Under the pieces are notes generated by a model. That model did no database searches. It saw only the letters and a program-made list of their open reading frames with translations, and was not told where the DNA came from. A DNA stretch of 64,000 nucleotides from Macrostomum lignano (lineage: Eukaryota), in NCBI GenBank assembly GCA_002269645.1, contig NIVC01003999.1, forward strand, positions 1,836 through 65,835. The letters run 5' to 3'. The translations under genes were made by a program, and so were the position numbers. Positions 24,970 to 37,284 of this stretch are shown in pieces. Position 1 is the first letter of the stretch, and every line of letters starts with the position of its first letter.

Positions 24970-25088
24970 TCGTTTCCTCTCATCTCTCCTCTCCCCTTCT
25001 CTCTCCTCTCTCCTTCTCTCCTTCTCTCTCCTCTATCGTTTCCTCTCATCTCTCCTCTCCCCTTCTCTCTCCTCTCTCCTTCCCTCTC
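24970..25088. repeat. Polypyrimidine (CT-rich) tract with an internal duplication
   Basis: CTATCGTTTCCTCTCATCTCTCCTCTCCCCTTCTCTCTCC occurs twice. Confidence 0.8.
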
Positions 25089-25953
25089 ATGTAGCTCGCA
25101 CACTGATATTGATGGCATGTACGCTTGTAGTACTTTTAACGACAGTCTATTATCGATTTATTCTAAGACTACATCTTATCTACCCCTCCCAAGCACACTG
25201 AGTCAGTCCCATTCTCGCTTAATGATGTCCTTCTGCCCCACCAGGCATTCACATGCGCCTGATCTTGTAAATAATTTGACCAACTTGCCACCCCAAACTT
25301 TATTCACCCCGGACATTTCAAAGCCCAATTTTGTTGTGCCTTGGATTATCCAGGGTAGGTTATCGCAAATCGACAATAATTTTGCTTTGCGATGTCCCCG
25401 GACAAATTAAGACCCCGGTGAACAGAAAGCCTAACACCGGATTTAACACCAAAACTCCCGACATGAGGCCGTCACCCTCGGCACGGCGATGGAGACGGTC
25501 GGACCGTGCTGACCACCTCCCGGCCCCCATGTCTCTGCCCACGGACCCTCCTCCGATCTCTTCCCTTCCCTTCCTACTCAAATATGCTTATCTCCGATCC
25601 GAAGAGGGTGCTGGCGCTGGCTAAACGCTGCCTGCGTCTAGAGCGCGTCTGGGCGCCATGCGACCGCAACAACAACAAAAATAGTTTATGTTTACATCCT
25701 TGTTTTGCCAGGTGCGCATGAAGTTCTAAAAATCTGCATATTCTAGAGCTAAAGCTACGCTTCTACGAGCTACATAAACCAACGTGGATAGATGACAAAC
25801 TTTAAAAAAGTAAGCATTCTTAGCTTCACTTTTAGATGCTATTTTTAGAACTCCATGGGTTTAGCCTTTTAGCGTCAAGTCGAAACCATAGACTATTTAC
25901 TAGCTCAAAACCTTTGATTCGCAGTCACAACATATATACAGGCTAACATTTTT

Positions 25954-27064
25954 GTCTATGGTACACCTTTCGTGCTCGGATCTGTCCATCCGTGCAGAAG
26001 GAGACTAAAAAATCTTATATAAGTTTCAAGATAGCAGACAGTAAACTAAGTCGAAGCCTATCTGGATAAATGCTTTTATTTTGCAGTCAGCGGCCGGTAA
26101 GTAGGCCTCGTATGATTTAATATGTCCAGTTTTGTTTTGTATTAGGCATAATTAACTAGCTAGGTTGTATTATAACACGTGGACTGGAGAATAAGTAAGC
26201 AGTGCGGCAATCCTCAAGAAAGGTTAATTAGCGTATTAAAAAAAACTCAAAATTTTCTCCAAAAAGGTCGTTAATAGGCTATCTTGAAACGCCCTGGGTA
26301 AATTTTAAAAACTTTAATATGATTTTCTAAATCTAGTACTTAGTTAATCGTAGTGATTGGATTTTATTCTGTTTAACTATTGCTTAACAATGTCTTTTTT
26401 GGCGCGAATCCGAATGGGATTTGTTTTAACGAATGAATTATTGAAGGTAGACGTACTAGACGCGAACTCTTCTGTAGCCAAGTGCCTTCTAACATATCGG
26501 TAATATTACAGTTTGTATTTTTTTATTATACAACCCCTAAGCTAAGGACGGGTATCCGTTGTGTTTCGTCAACAGAGTATAAGACTGTATTTGTTGGACA
26601 AATATTGATAAAATAAAAAATGATCAGGCTATTTTCTATATTAGTTTGAAATCAGGAATCATGGCGCGTTTTCTGGCATCACGTTCAATCATGCTGGGAC
26701 TTCTTGAAGTTTAAACTTCTAAAAGCTTTGGGCTCGGCGCTTTGGTTCTTTGTATTTGCCGTTCGTAATTCGGCTTACCGTCACTGTCTTTATGGCGCAA
26801 TTGCTGAAGATGTTAATGTAATTTTTCAACCCAGTAAGTACAACGGGGTGAAGATTGGCTTCCTTCTGCTGTTGTTTGCCACTGAACCGATCGAAGTACG
26901 CAAATATTTTCTGTAGATCACTATCTTCAACATGTTCCAAAACTTTTCACACTTCTGCATGCAGCATGAAATTCTTGCACTTTTACTCGAAGCATTCGAT
27001 TAGCGCGCTGGCGCTGCCGAATTCGGGTCCGTCGATGATGTTGATGTCTCGCTTTACGATGTAG
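25954..27064 (-). mobile_element. Degenerate Crypton-type tyrosine-recombinase relic (3' part)
   Basis: Minus strand reads YIVKRDINIIDGPEF...EHVEDSDLQKIFAYFDR (with stops), paralleling RYFMKLRGLDIIADPAF...IESDDLIKFSAYFDR of the 45-46 kb recombinase. GTCTATGG end motif at 25954. Confidence 0.6.
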
Positions 27065-27065
27065 T

Positions 27066-28340
27066 TTAGGCCGAGTTGTAGGCCGATGTGCGAATGTGAT
27101 GTAAGCCGAGCAATGTCGTCAAGTTCTGCATTAGCTCCGCGCGGAACTGCGAGCCCTGGTCACTCACCAGCGTCCATGTCGGGCAGTACTGCGAAATCCA
27201 GGAGTCTAGGAAAACGAGTGCGACTGACGTGGCTGTGATGTCGACGATTGGGGTAGCTTCAATCCAGTGCGAATAGGCGTCGACCATCGTGAGCAAGTAG
27301 CGGAGCCTTGGACTGACGTCGGCTGACTCTGGAGGCGGGAGCGGTCCAACGAGGTCCATATGGACAGTCGTGAAGCGTTGAGAGAGCGTCAGAAGCTGCT
27401 ACAGCGGGCGTTGGACGTGACGACCTGTCTTGCACTGCTGACACTTTCTGGATGTCGTTAGCCATGCCCGGCCAGAAGAAACGATAGATAACGAGTCGCT
27501 GAGTGGCCTTGCTGCCAGGTTGTGCAAAAGAGTCGAGAGAGTCGAACTGCAAAAGAGTGGAGAGAGTCGAACTGCAAAAGAGTGGAGAGAGTCGAACTGC
27601 AAAAGAGTGGAGAGAGTCGAACTGCAAAAGAGTGGAGAGAGTCGAACTGCAAAAGAGTGGAGAGAGTCGAACTGCAAAAGAGTGGAGAGAGTCGAACTGC
27701 AAAAGAGTGGAGAGAGTCGAACTGCAAAAGAGTGGAGAGAGTCGAACTGCAAAAGAGTGGAGAGAGTCGAACTGCAAAAGAGTGGAGAGAGTCGAACTGC
27801 AAAAGAGTGGAGAGAGTCGAACTGCAAAAGAGTGGAGAGAGTCGAACTGCAAAAGAGTGGAGAGAGTCGAACTGCAAAAGAGTGGAGAGAGTCGAACTGC
27901 AAAAGAGTGGAGAGAGTCGAACTGCAAAAGAGTGGAGAGAGTCGAACTGCAAAAGAGTGGAGAGAGTCGAACACCACGCGCCGTAGAGCCTTAGAGACGA
28001 CGGGTCATGGGTTTGTCTGCGCGATTTCGCAATGCAGCGGGCAGTCCTTGATGCTAAAGACAAAGTTATTGAAACGACCTGTCTGCCGATCGGCTTCAGG
28101 TGATCCCTTTGTGCCCGTGCGATGGCTGGCATGTCCACGCATTGCGGGAGGTCGGCTATCAGCCGAACTGCGGCTGATGTTTGATCTTGGGCAGGACGAA
28201 CTGGTCGTGATAGCTCGTCGGCTACGATGTTGTCCTTCCCGAGATGTGGGTGATGTCGCTCACAAACTCGGTGATGAAGTAACTGTCGTTGCGGCCGGTC
28301 AGAGAAGCGTTCCTTCCTATTTACCGGACGCTCCGGTGAT
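27066..28340 (-). mobile_element. Degenerate Ty3/Gypsy pol fragment (RNase H end, integrase zinc finger and core)
   Basis: ITEFVSDITHISG-KDNIVADELSRP; LRRVVFDSLHSFAQPGSKATQRLV..RFFWPGMANDI..CQQCK; MDLVGPLP...YLLTMVDAYSHWIEA...SDQGSQF...HIRTSAY (DDE core). Confidence 0.88.
27522..27971. repeat. 25-bp minisatellite (GTCGAACTGCAAAAGAGTGGAGAGA), about 18 copies, inside the integrase ORF
   Basis: GTCGA recurs every 25 nt from 27541 to 27966; the units are essentially identical. Confidence 0.97.
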
Positions 28341-30162
28341 GGGTTTTTGGAGGCAGAACACCAGGGTCTGTTGGCCTTGGATCATTTAGTTCAATGTTTT
28401 GACTTAGAAAAAATTGCGAGTAGCTCCAAAATCAAAGCTTGCGAGAGTAAAAAGCCAATAATGACTGCCCAGCCACTACTTGTTGCAATGCTGCTCCGAT
28501 TAGCCCCATAAACGCCGTTCAATTTCCAACCGTTTGGTACAAAAAAGAAGAAAATCTGCACAGTGGTTTGCGCTAAAACGTTTCATTCGTAATAACAAAA
28601 AAAGGCTGCAGAAAGGCAGAAAGAAGCAGATCTAACTTTACATATACGAGCGTATATAACCTTTCATGTGTAAAACCAGTACAACGTTTGTTTATAATGT
28701 TTTTTTCTTATTAAAGGCGCACCTATTTGTGCTTCACAAGTGGTCAAATGTGCTACACATGGTGGAAGCGCCAGTGTCCAACTTAAAGGATGACATACAT
28801 GTATATACAATAAAATATTCATAGTTGACACTTTAACTTATGGTTGGATATGACATACTTCATGCACAGCATGTAATTGTAATCAACTTGAAGTATTCTT
28901 TCTTCAAGATCTCATTGCGTACTTCATCACCTTCCTTGAGAATTTGAACTTTCTTGACATTCGTGGGTACCTTGACAAATACTTCTTCGTTATCATCCTT
29001 TGCTTTGCATTCTAGCAGTTCAATCCCAGATGGCTGAGAGCAGCTAATAGGTATGGACTGCGACGATGAATCTCGCAGCGATTACCATTCACTTAAGTTG
29101 AGAGCCATCTTTCACTATGGGATACTGGAAGTTCAGCGTCCGCCCACCGTAGTCTCTAGCTCGTACTCTAGCTCCTTTACAGGCCACCGGCCTACCGTCC
29201 TGCAAGTTGGCTGTCAGCGGCACTTTCGCCACAGGTCGCATTGACCGAACGGTCGCTTTCATCGACCAATATCATGGAAGCTCTTAATGTTCTCCAGTTT
29301 TCGTGACAACCTCAGCAGGGGCTTGTACGCTTTCTACGCCACTAAAAACACCAACTGGCCTTGATTGTAATGTTTGAAAATGGTAAATATTTAAAGTTTT
29401 TGCTTCATTAAGTAAATGATAAACAATTGACAATATTATCCATGATAACTTGCTTGTCGAGCGCGACCGAAAGGTCGGCAATTTTTTAAAGCTTTAATTG
29501 ATGCTTCCCTCTACTTTTATATAGTCGCTCTTTGCAACGTTTATTGTCCATTCTAGATGATATTTGGCGTAATTAAACCGCCTAGTTTTGAATGTGCCCC
29601 CTGTACAGCGACAGAAACGGTAGGCTCACATATTGTCACAGGCCGGTGAGTTTTTCCGTAGCATATCTGGGGGGTGTTGCATCGACAAGTCGAAGTTTAC
29701 AAGTGACAAGTTGACAAGTTACAAGTAAACCGTGAAGTCCGTTGCATAGACGCTTTACAAACGACAAGCATTTGACAAGTGACAAGTTACAATTCCCGTT
29801 ACAAGTGGTTCGTTGCATAGAATGTATAACTTGACAAGTTTTTCTGCTATTGGCGAGTGACAAGTTGCGTAGTAAACTCTGACCCCGCGAGCTTACTTAA
29901 ATCTTACAAGCTCCCATTATTTCTCTGCACTTCACGGACTTTCAAATTAGTTACTTTACATCTTTGGGGCTATATTTACACTATATTTGAATTGTAGTTC
30001 AATTTTGACTGTTGTAAACGCTTCGGTTTCCGAATATTGAAACATACTCGTTTATTGCTTTGTTTGAGGGCCTACACGAACAATATTTTTTCCTCACGTT
30101 TTCTAACGGTAAATGTATAAATTTCAAACAGCGCGAACAGTTAATTGAAGTGTTTGGTTCCG

Positions 30163-31187
30163 GTTACTTCCCAGTCAGTCGCTAGAGCTGCCTACCTTGA
30201 GCTCTCCGGAAAGTCCTCGAGTTGATCTTGTAGCGTCTGAAATGCTGCCACCAGCTTCGCAGAGTCGCAGCCTTCGGTGAGGTGCTGAGCTCGTAGAAGC
30301 AAATAACTAAGACGAGAGAAAGAGACTCGCACTTCGTGCAGATTTAGCAGTTCTCGCGCAGAGGTGCCCACTGTCAGCAGTCCCTGCCGGGCTGATGCGG
30401 GGTGAGAGCGAAAGTGCTAGCTTCGGGCGATCCGAGCTGGCCTGCTAATTGATAGCAGGAGCAATCAGAGGCAGTCACGCGCAAAGTCGGGAGTCTTGGA
30501 GTTCAAACTTAGACGCCAACTCGGCACACAAACTTAGAGTATTCGCTGGACGAAGAGAACGGTTACTCGGGAAAACGGGCTGGCAGAACGGGTGAAAGGC
30601 TGGAAACGCTTGTCTGAGCCAAGCCATGAGAGGGGCTGCATTTATAGGGAGGATCGATTGCACCATAGCACGAAAGACCCCGCTGAGAGTCATAAGTGAC
30701 TCTGTTGCTATTTTTAGCAACAAACAAGCGGGCCCTGTCTCAGAGGAGGCAAGGGGGGTCCGGGCGCGCGTGATCTTCCCATAAACACGAGCCCAGCGTA
30801 CAATGATGAAATCATTGCACTTTGGACTAAAGAAGGAAGACGGCCTTGTCATGTGACTGGCTCACATGACAAGGGGGAAAAGGCCCACAAGTGAAGGCAC
30901 TCGTGACCGTGGGACCGGAAAACAGAATGGCACTCCAAATTTGGAGATGCCAAACAGAGAACGAAACAGAGGCAGGCCAGACAAGCAGTCTGGGCACTGC
31001 AAAACGAGAACAGGAGGAAAACGGGGGCAAACGAGGACAAGCAGACAGACAGGCAAACGGGCAAGGGACAGGCCAGAGGACAGGCGGGAGGGACAGGCAA
31101 CTGCCCAGCGGCAGACAGAAGCCTGGGGCGAGGGCGAGGGCAACAGCTGACTAGTGCGGCGCCTAACTAAACTAGCGACTCACTACA
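30163..31187 (-). mobile_element. Solo-LTR-like element related to 21268-22391
   Basis: Shares AATGCTGCCACCAG, GCCTTCGGTGAGGTG, GTTGCTATTTTTAGCAAC, GTCATGTGAC..CTCACATGACA, CAGCGGCAGACAG, GGGCGAGGGCGAGGGCAA and the ...CACTACA end; TATAAAT on the minus strand at 30646-30640. Left boundary approximate. Confidence 0.55.
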
Positions 31188-31204
31188 TAATGAAAAAAGA
31201 GGAG

Positions 31205-31879
31205 TCACAACATGCAGTACTGAAGGTCGTTCGGTTCAGTAAGATGTGCAATTTCGAGGCGCAGCTTCGCATTCCGCAGTTGCCAGTTCTCGCTGCGAAG
31301 TTCCAGCTCACGAAGCTGCATTTCCACTTTGCGTTTCTTCAGGTCATCCATTTCATGTGAGGATGACTGGCCAGATCGGATCTTTCTACCCTGACCTGGC
31401 CGAGCTCCGCTTGTAGTGGGCGCAGTGTCGTTGCTTAAAGCAGGACTCTCCGTATGACTCGCTGACTCAGTAGGTGATGCGGCACCAGCAGTCTCAACTG
31501 CAGGAATCTGTTCATACGTCTCGGGAACAGCCAGGCCAACTACGATACCGGATCTCTTGTCCAAGATGTCCAGCACCAGTTCTTGAATGTCGTTCAGCTT
31601 GCATTCAGGCCCACCAGCAGCACCAGTTTTGCGCACTGAGTCGATCTTCTCCAAGGTACGACGCTTCAAGTTAGGCCAGAGTGCGTCGCGGATGTACCTG
31701 TAGGCCTTTCCGGGACAGGGGTCAAACCTGTACTCTTCCTATCTTGAGGAAATAACCTTTTTCCAGCATGCAATCCTCTTGTCCTTGGTTATGGTTGCAC
31801 TAAATTCGCCGAATAGTTCCTTCTTGTTCTCGCGTATAAGACGCAGTAGGATCTGCTTGTTCTCACTCGTGAGTGGCAT
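31205..31879 (-). pseudogene. Myb/SANT-like DNA-binding protein (Harbinger partner ORF), frameshifted with stops
   Basis: EKQILLRLIRENKKELFGEFSATITKDKRIACWKKV...LWPNLKRRTLEKID..RKTGAAGG, followed by a C-terminal coiled coil (LKKRKVEMQLRELELR). Confidence 0.7.
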
Positions 31880-32451
31880 CTTCTATATCTAAACACTTAC
31901 CCGCAAGCAAGACCGGAGGGCTCAAAGTCGCAAGCAAAGCGAAGCCTTTTTTATATAAGCCGAAATCCAAACCCCCACAGTTGAATCTCGCGACAAACAT
32001 GGGATTTGCCATAGACGAAAGTTCAATTCGTCTGAAACTTGTCCCTTGTCGAGAGAATATTACAAGCGCGCTCGTGCAACGCAAAATCGCCCTGCTTGTA
32101 GCTTGTCACTATTCAACTTTTAACTTGTCGATTCTATGCAACACCCCAGGGATTTGCTATTCCAGAAAAAATCATTTAATTAGCAATAACGAAAAAATAT
32201 ACTATAGCTGGTTGATACAAGCTTAGAGCTTTTTGGTTAATAGCGCTCTGAGGCGAGTATATTTCTTGTCTTATGATATACATGTAGCCCAGGGCTTACT
32301 AGCAGCGCACAGTGCTGTCTATGGTACTCGTAGATGGGGAAGGCAACGAACGGAAAAGTACAACGACAATGAATATCCACTCAGCAACATTTAAAACGCA
32401 ACACTCTAACTAGAAGAAAAATCAACTCACTCAGAAGAGTCAAAGCGCATA

Positions 32452-33200
32452 GTCTATGGTTCAAATCGAGCTTCAGAAACGCGTGTAGAAATTGCTAGGT
32501 TCAATAGTTTTGTATAAATAAGTAGCTAAGCTGAGTAGTAGAGGTGTAGAAATCGTTTATTATAAATGCCAGAATATGTAGTTTTAACTTTCAGACTTAA
32601 AGATTATTACAGACTCAGTAGAAATAGAAAAGTGGCGGCCGACAAGCAAGCTAGCACAATGCTGTGAGCGCGAGCCGAGTTCTGCGCTAATTCCGATCTA
32701 ACCAACAACAATAAGATAAATTGCTCATTACGTGCAACTGCTGAGCTGGCCAGGCCAACCCCCCAGCCAGCCCCAAAGTGCACCGCGCACTGCCAAACAG
32801 ACAAGGGCACATGCACTACGTGTTGAATCCCGTCTCATCAATATAGATCGAGTGACAATCTGGAGGCAAGTAACCAACCACTGCGCTAATTCTTGTCGAT
32901 GTGCCTCATTCTCTAGCGTGTTCCGAGCGACCGGTACGTCAGCATCCCTTCCTAAGCAATCAGCGTCATCAGGTGTTTGTCTAGAGATCTGCTTAGTGTG
33001 GCTTCGCTCTACTGCAGGCCAGCGAATGAATGCTCTAATGTGCATTCTCTGCTGTAACAAAACTCGCTCCACCTTCCTCTAGAATTTCATTGTCGACTGC
33101 GGCCATTTTGTGTTAAAAAACTCTAGAACTGAAGATTTATCTGTCTCTTGCCTGTATTATTTATTTGGTTGACGTAAAGCCAATTGTTTCGACCATAGAC
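32452..33200 (-). mobile_element. Putative internally deleted Crypton-family element bounded by GTCTATGG...CCATAGAC
   Basis: End motifs at 32452 (also 32317) and 33193 (also 33358). The internal minus ORF 32728-33072 (VARNTLENE...ELAQWL...IVTR) weakly resembles a Crypton N-terminus. Confidence 0.35.
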
Positions 33201-33727
33201 GATAAGAAAACTCCACAGGCCTTCCCATTGATTATTTTATTTCCTACTCGCACTTTTTTCCAGCCTGAAAAATGCTATATTGACATAAAATTCTTTATTT
33301 ATTACAGATGACTATATACCATTCATTTCGGCCAAAATACCAGCTTTAGCTTTTGGGCCATAGACAATAAAGCAGCTAAGACTGCATACAAAGTACTGGT
33401 TTGATAGGGAAAATACCTGTTTTTCACCTTTTAGAGGACCTTTTCGTTAACAAAAAAAATTAATCATACGATCTATTGTAAGACGTGGGTTAGCGTGAGC
33501 AACAAATGAGCGTGAGGAACTCCTCACTGGCATGCGCCCTGACTTATTTACGAGTATCTGTGTGGTTGGCACAACCCATAGATATCTGCATGATCCATGA
33601 TGCCACCATTGACCGAGCACACATGCAAAATCAAGTACACATACATTACAGTACGCTCGTATGATAAAATTCCAATTAAATGGTACAAAATGAAGAAAAT
33701 CGGTCCGACGGATTACTTTCAAACGTG

Positions 33728-33730
<3 letters not shown>

Positions 33731-33781
<51 letters not shown>

Positions 33782-33789
33782 GCACACAC
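33731..33789. repeat. (CA)n microsatellite
   Basis: Direct. Confidence 0.97.
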
Positions 33790-33999
33790 TTTTAGTATAT
33801 TGGATAGAACAGCTTAGTCGTAAGCTTATTTCATTATAGATAAGTCGAGGCGAATGAGCCTTAATAGAGTCGGCAACTGTTTAGGACACAGAAAAATAAA
33901 TCAAAGTGCATTGGATTCGGATCGTTACACAACATGTCCCCCTGAAAGGTCGCTTTCACAAGACGGAAATTTAGTAACGCCGAAAGACACCTGCCTTCA

Positions 34000-34725
34000 C
34001 AAGACCAACAACGGAATATGCGTTCAGCGTCACAGGGTGCGCCTCAAGGCCAGGTCGCGGATAAACGCCACGTCGCCGGCCGAATCCGGGGCGCCAGCGT
34101 CAGCCAGCAGGCAGTCGACAAAACGCCGAGTGTGAGACTGCCCTTCGCCGGTAGGGTGCCTGCAGCGTGAGCAGCAGCACCTCCTGCACCGGCTCTGGGC
34201 AGTACAACTCGGCGCGGATGATTTGGCCTGTCAGCTGGAGTTACCGACGGTGCAACAGGTCGCTTGGACAGACCAGATCGGCGTGGTGATACAAAGCCGC
34301 GTTGGTCACTCGCTCGTAGCCGATCTTGAATGCGGCGCGCAGCAGGCCAGTATGCGCCGCGGCAACTTGTTGCTCAAGCGACTCCGTCAGCGTCCCAGGC
34401 TCGGTGTTGTACAGCAGGACCGTCTCGATCACCACCTGGAACAACGCCGCCGTCTGGCGGTTAGGTAAGACCTCGGACTGCAGGACTGCCCTCACAGAAC
34501 GAAAAGCAGCCCAGGCAAGCCGGCGGCGACGCCGCAAATCCTCGCGGACGCCGGGAACCAGACCGCCGAGGTAGACGAACTGCTGACGGCAACACGGAAG
34601 CTCTGTCGCCTGTCCATCAGCGCCTCGGCACAAAATCGCAGCCTCGATGTCGTCTGGCACGCAGAGCACGACGGCTTTCTGCGTGTTGACCACCGGGCCA
34701 ACACTCGCCGCAACAGCAACTAGCT
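34000..34725 (-). mobile_element. 5'-truncated non-LTR retrotransposon (RTE-like reverse transcriptase C-terminal part), degenerate
   Basis: QQFVYLGGLV...EDLRRRRRLAWAAF...LFQVVIETVLLYNTE..TLT (RT domain 7 FxYLG plus thumb); in-frame stop after LLHRR. Confidence 0.82.
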
Positions 34726-35064
34726 TGTCTTGTTTACAAACCGAAACTTCATAAAACCGAAAGTTCACAAAGCAGAAAATTCTGCAAAGCCCTTTATAAG
34801 ACCGAAATTTCACAGCATAGAAAACTTAATATACGCTCGTAACAAGGTGGTAGGTGTTGTGTCTTTAGCCAACAAATAAAAGGCGGAGGTTTAGTGGAAA
34901 AAAAATGCAGCCGACTTTGGTCTGCTCGTAGCCTCAGCTCTGGCTATTTTCTTTTCTTATTCTTTTATTTCCCATGGGCTTTTTACCTCATATCCCTTCT
35001 GAGGGCCTGTAGAAAAGGGCCGTCAGCACCATAGACAGCTTCCCAGCTGCATATACAAGCGTAG

Positions 35065-36130
35065 CTACATAAGTACATGTTCATTTGCACTTGAATAAAG
35101 CATAAACAGATAGCAGAGCTTGTCCACAACAGTAGGTGGTAGGTGCCTGAACGGTACCAGATTTCGTGCTGTCCAAATTTTCCCATTGTCCAGTTTGTAG
35201 TTGAAGTTGCCAAGGATTTTATCGATCGGGAAGGGAGCTGTAAATGGTAAATGGTGATCTGCCTTTTGGTACGTGTGGTAGTCGTATGCGCACGAGGTCG
35301 CCAACCTTGAAATGGTTGCAGGAAACCTTGTGGTGATGCTCTTTGTTAGCCGTAGCTTCTGACTTCGCACTCTGCTTGATCATGGATCCTTGTCGAAATT
35401 GAAAGTTGGTTTAGATGTCCCGACCTAAATAGAAGTTTTGCTGGCGAGGCTCCCTTTTTGTTTGGTGTTGTGCGGTAGCTGAAAATTGTCTGCTGTATTT
35501 CGACCTCAAAGCTCTTCTTGTCCGCTTCGAACGTCTGAGCAGCGTGCTTAAGTGTCCCGTTGAATACATCGCCTTGCCATTTCGTCGCGGCTCATAAATT
35601 GGAACGCATTCTTGCCGCACATCACGGTAGGCTAGAAATTTTCTCATCTTCTTCGATACGAAGCTGCTTCTACTGTCCAATACACAAGGGTGTCAAGATT
35701 CCCGAAGCGATTCGGTAAGACATTTGATTATCCTGATTGAGCTGGCTCCAGTAAGTAGAAATTCTGGGTAAGATGAACAGTAATCTGTCAGCACGACAAT
35801 AAACCGCTGTTTGTGTGGGGCGCTCGCAAACGGGTCAGTGATGTCGATAGCTCATAGTTTCGACCAAGACCGGTCAGGTTTTTTGATTGGACCGCCATCC
35901 GGTACGAAGATTTTTGTGGGCCTTGGCGCTGTCCTGACAGGGCAACCAAAACCTGACGTGGCTCGTAATTGCGTTGTCCATGCTAGGGTACTAGAAGGCT
36001 GATCATAGGAGTCGTTTCATGCGTACAATACCAGGATGATCTTTGTGGGCACAGTTTAATATTAGCTGCCTCAGTCTGCTTGGTGGGACGATAATAATAA
36101 TTGGTCTGTAGTTTTGTATCGCATCCATGA
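35065..36130 (-). mobile_element. Degenerate Ty3/Gypsy integrase fragment
   Basis: IIIVPPSRLRQLILNCAHKDHPGIVRMKRLL*..YPSMDNAI....CQ (H2C2 finger) and the APFPIDKILGNFNYKLDNGKIWTARNL C-terminal motif; multiple stops. Confidence 0.7.
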
Positions 36131-37284
36131 CCAATTAAAGCGTTTCATCTGCCGTCGTGAGCTTCTGAAGGCCTTGCCCAGGCCTTCTTCTTCAGTTCGT
36201 GCCACTCGTTGAATGCTTTTACCATCCATGCGTCCTTCGTCTTCGTAAGTAGTTGTCTTCTACGAGCTATTTTCTGATCGAACTTCTTCTCCGTGGGCAT
36301 CTTTTGCCTGCGTACATCTTCGCCCTTAACGCTCGCATTCGGCTCAATGAACAGAGACTCCAAGAAGTCGTGGTCAATTTCTAGCTCGTACTTGAAAATC
36401 ACGTGGCAAATCCATAAAAGTCTATCAGAAAAGTATATCGTATAAGAAATTTGTCGCCTCTCCTTTCTTTCTTGCGATCTAATCGTCGCCTTCCTCTCTT
36501 TTCTTTTTTCTCTTTTTCTTGGTTTTCTACTAAAGACTACCGAATTTGACTCGAGGTCAGTCAAATCTTTATCTCGGTCAGTAAATGCAGCCCTCAGCCA
36601 CTCTGTCGACGAAATAAATGAATTCATGGGGTGATGCCATATTACGTACAGTACGTATGCCTCGGTTGCACAGGTGCAGTAGCCTATAGTCTAATTGTTT
36701 ATTTAATTTATCTGCACCGGTGCTAATAGATGATTTCTAAATAAATAAATGAACTGAGTAAAAACAAATGGCAACACTTTATATTTCATTATCGAACAAG
36801 ATAGTTCACAACGATACGCAACAGCAAGAAATCAATGTCGTTTAACGTCCTACTCGTAGTTTGTTACATGCACATACCTAAAAGTGACATTACTCCTTGG
36901 GCAAAAAAGTGATAATGACCTTGTTCGTATCTCCGCAAGCTTCAATCCGCATCAATTTGTGCGCATTTGTGCGCATACTTGCACATATTGGGCCGTATGA
37001 ATAAAAAAAAGAAATTTTTTTCTTGCAAGAAATCCAAGAATTTCTTGCGTTTATAAGAATAAAAAACTGCGAGTTTCTTGCAAGATTTTCTCGCCAAGAA
37101 AATCTCGAGCTTTCACAAGAAAAGATTTGCTCGGCAAGAAAATCTCACGAGGAAAAGATTTTCTTGCTTTCTGATGAATAAAAGACGTGATTTTCTCGCC
37201 GAGAGAGCCGACACTTGAGTTTTATGCGAGCAACTCTTTCTCTGGCTCAAGCGAATCTTCAGCGCCCATAACACGAGACACGAG

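Larger units (their letters stand above)
29671..32147. mobile_element. Non-autonomous PIF/Harbinger-like element carrying only the Myb/SANT gene, with a nested LTR-like insert
   Basis: Terminal inverted repeats GGGGTGTTGCAT (29671) and ATGCAACACCCC (ends 32147), mirrored subterminal GACAAG/CTTGTC repeats, and a Myb/SANT-like gene. The 3-bp flanks differ (TGG vs AGG). Confidence 0.65.
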
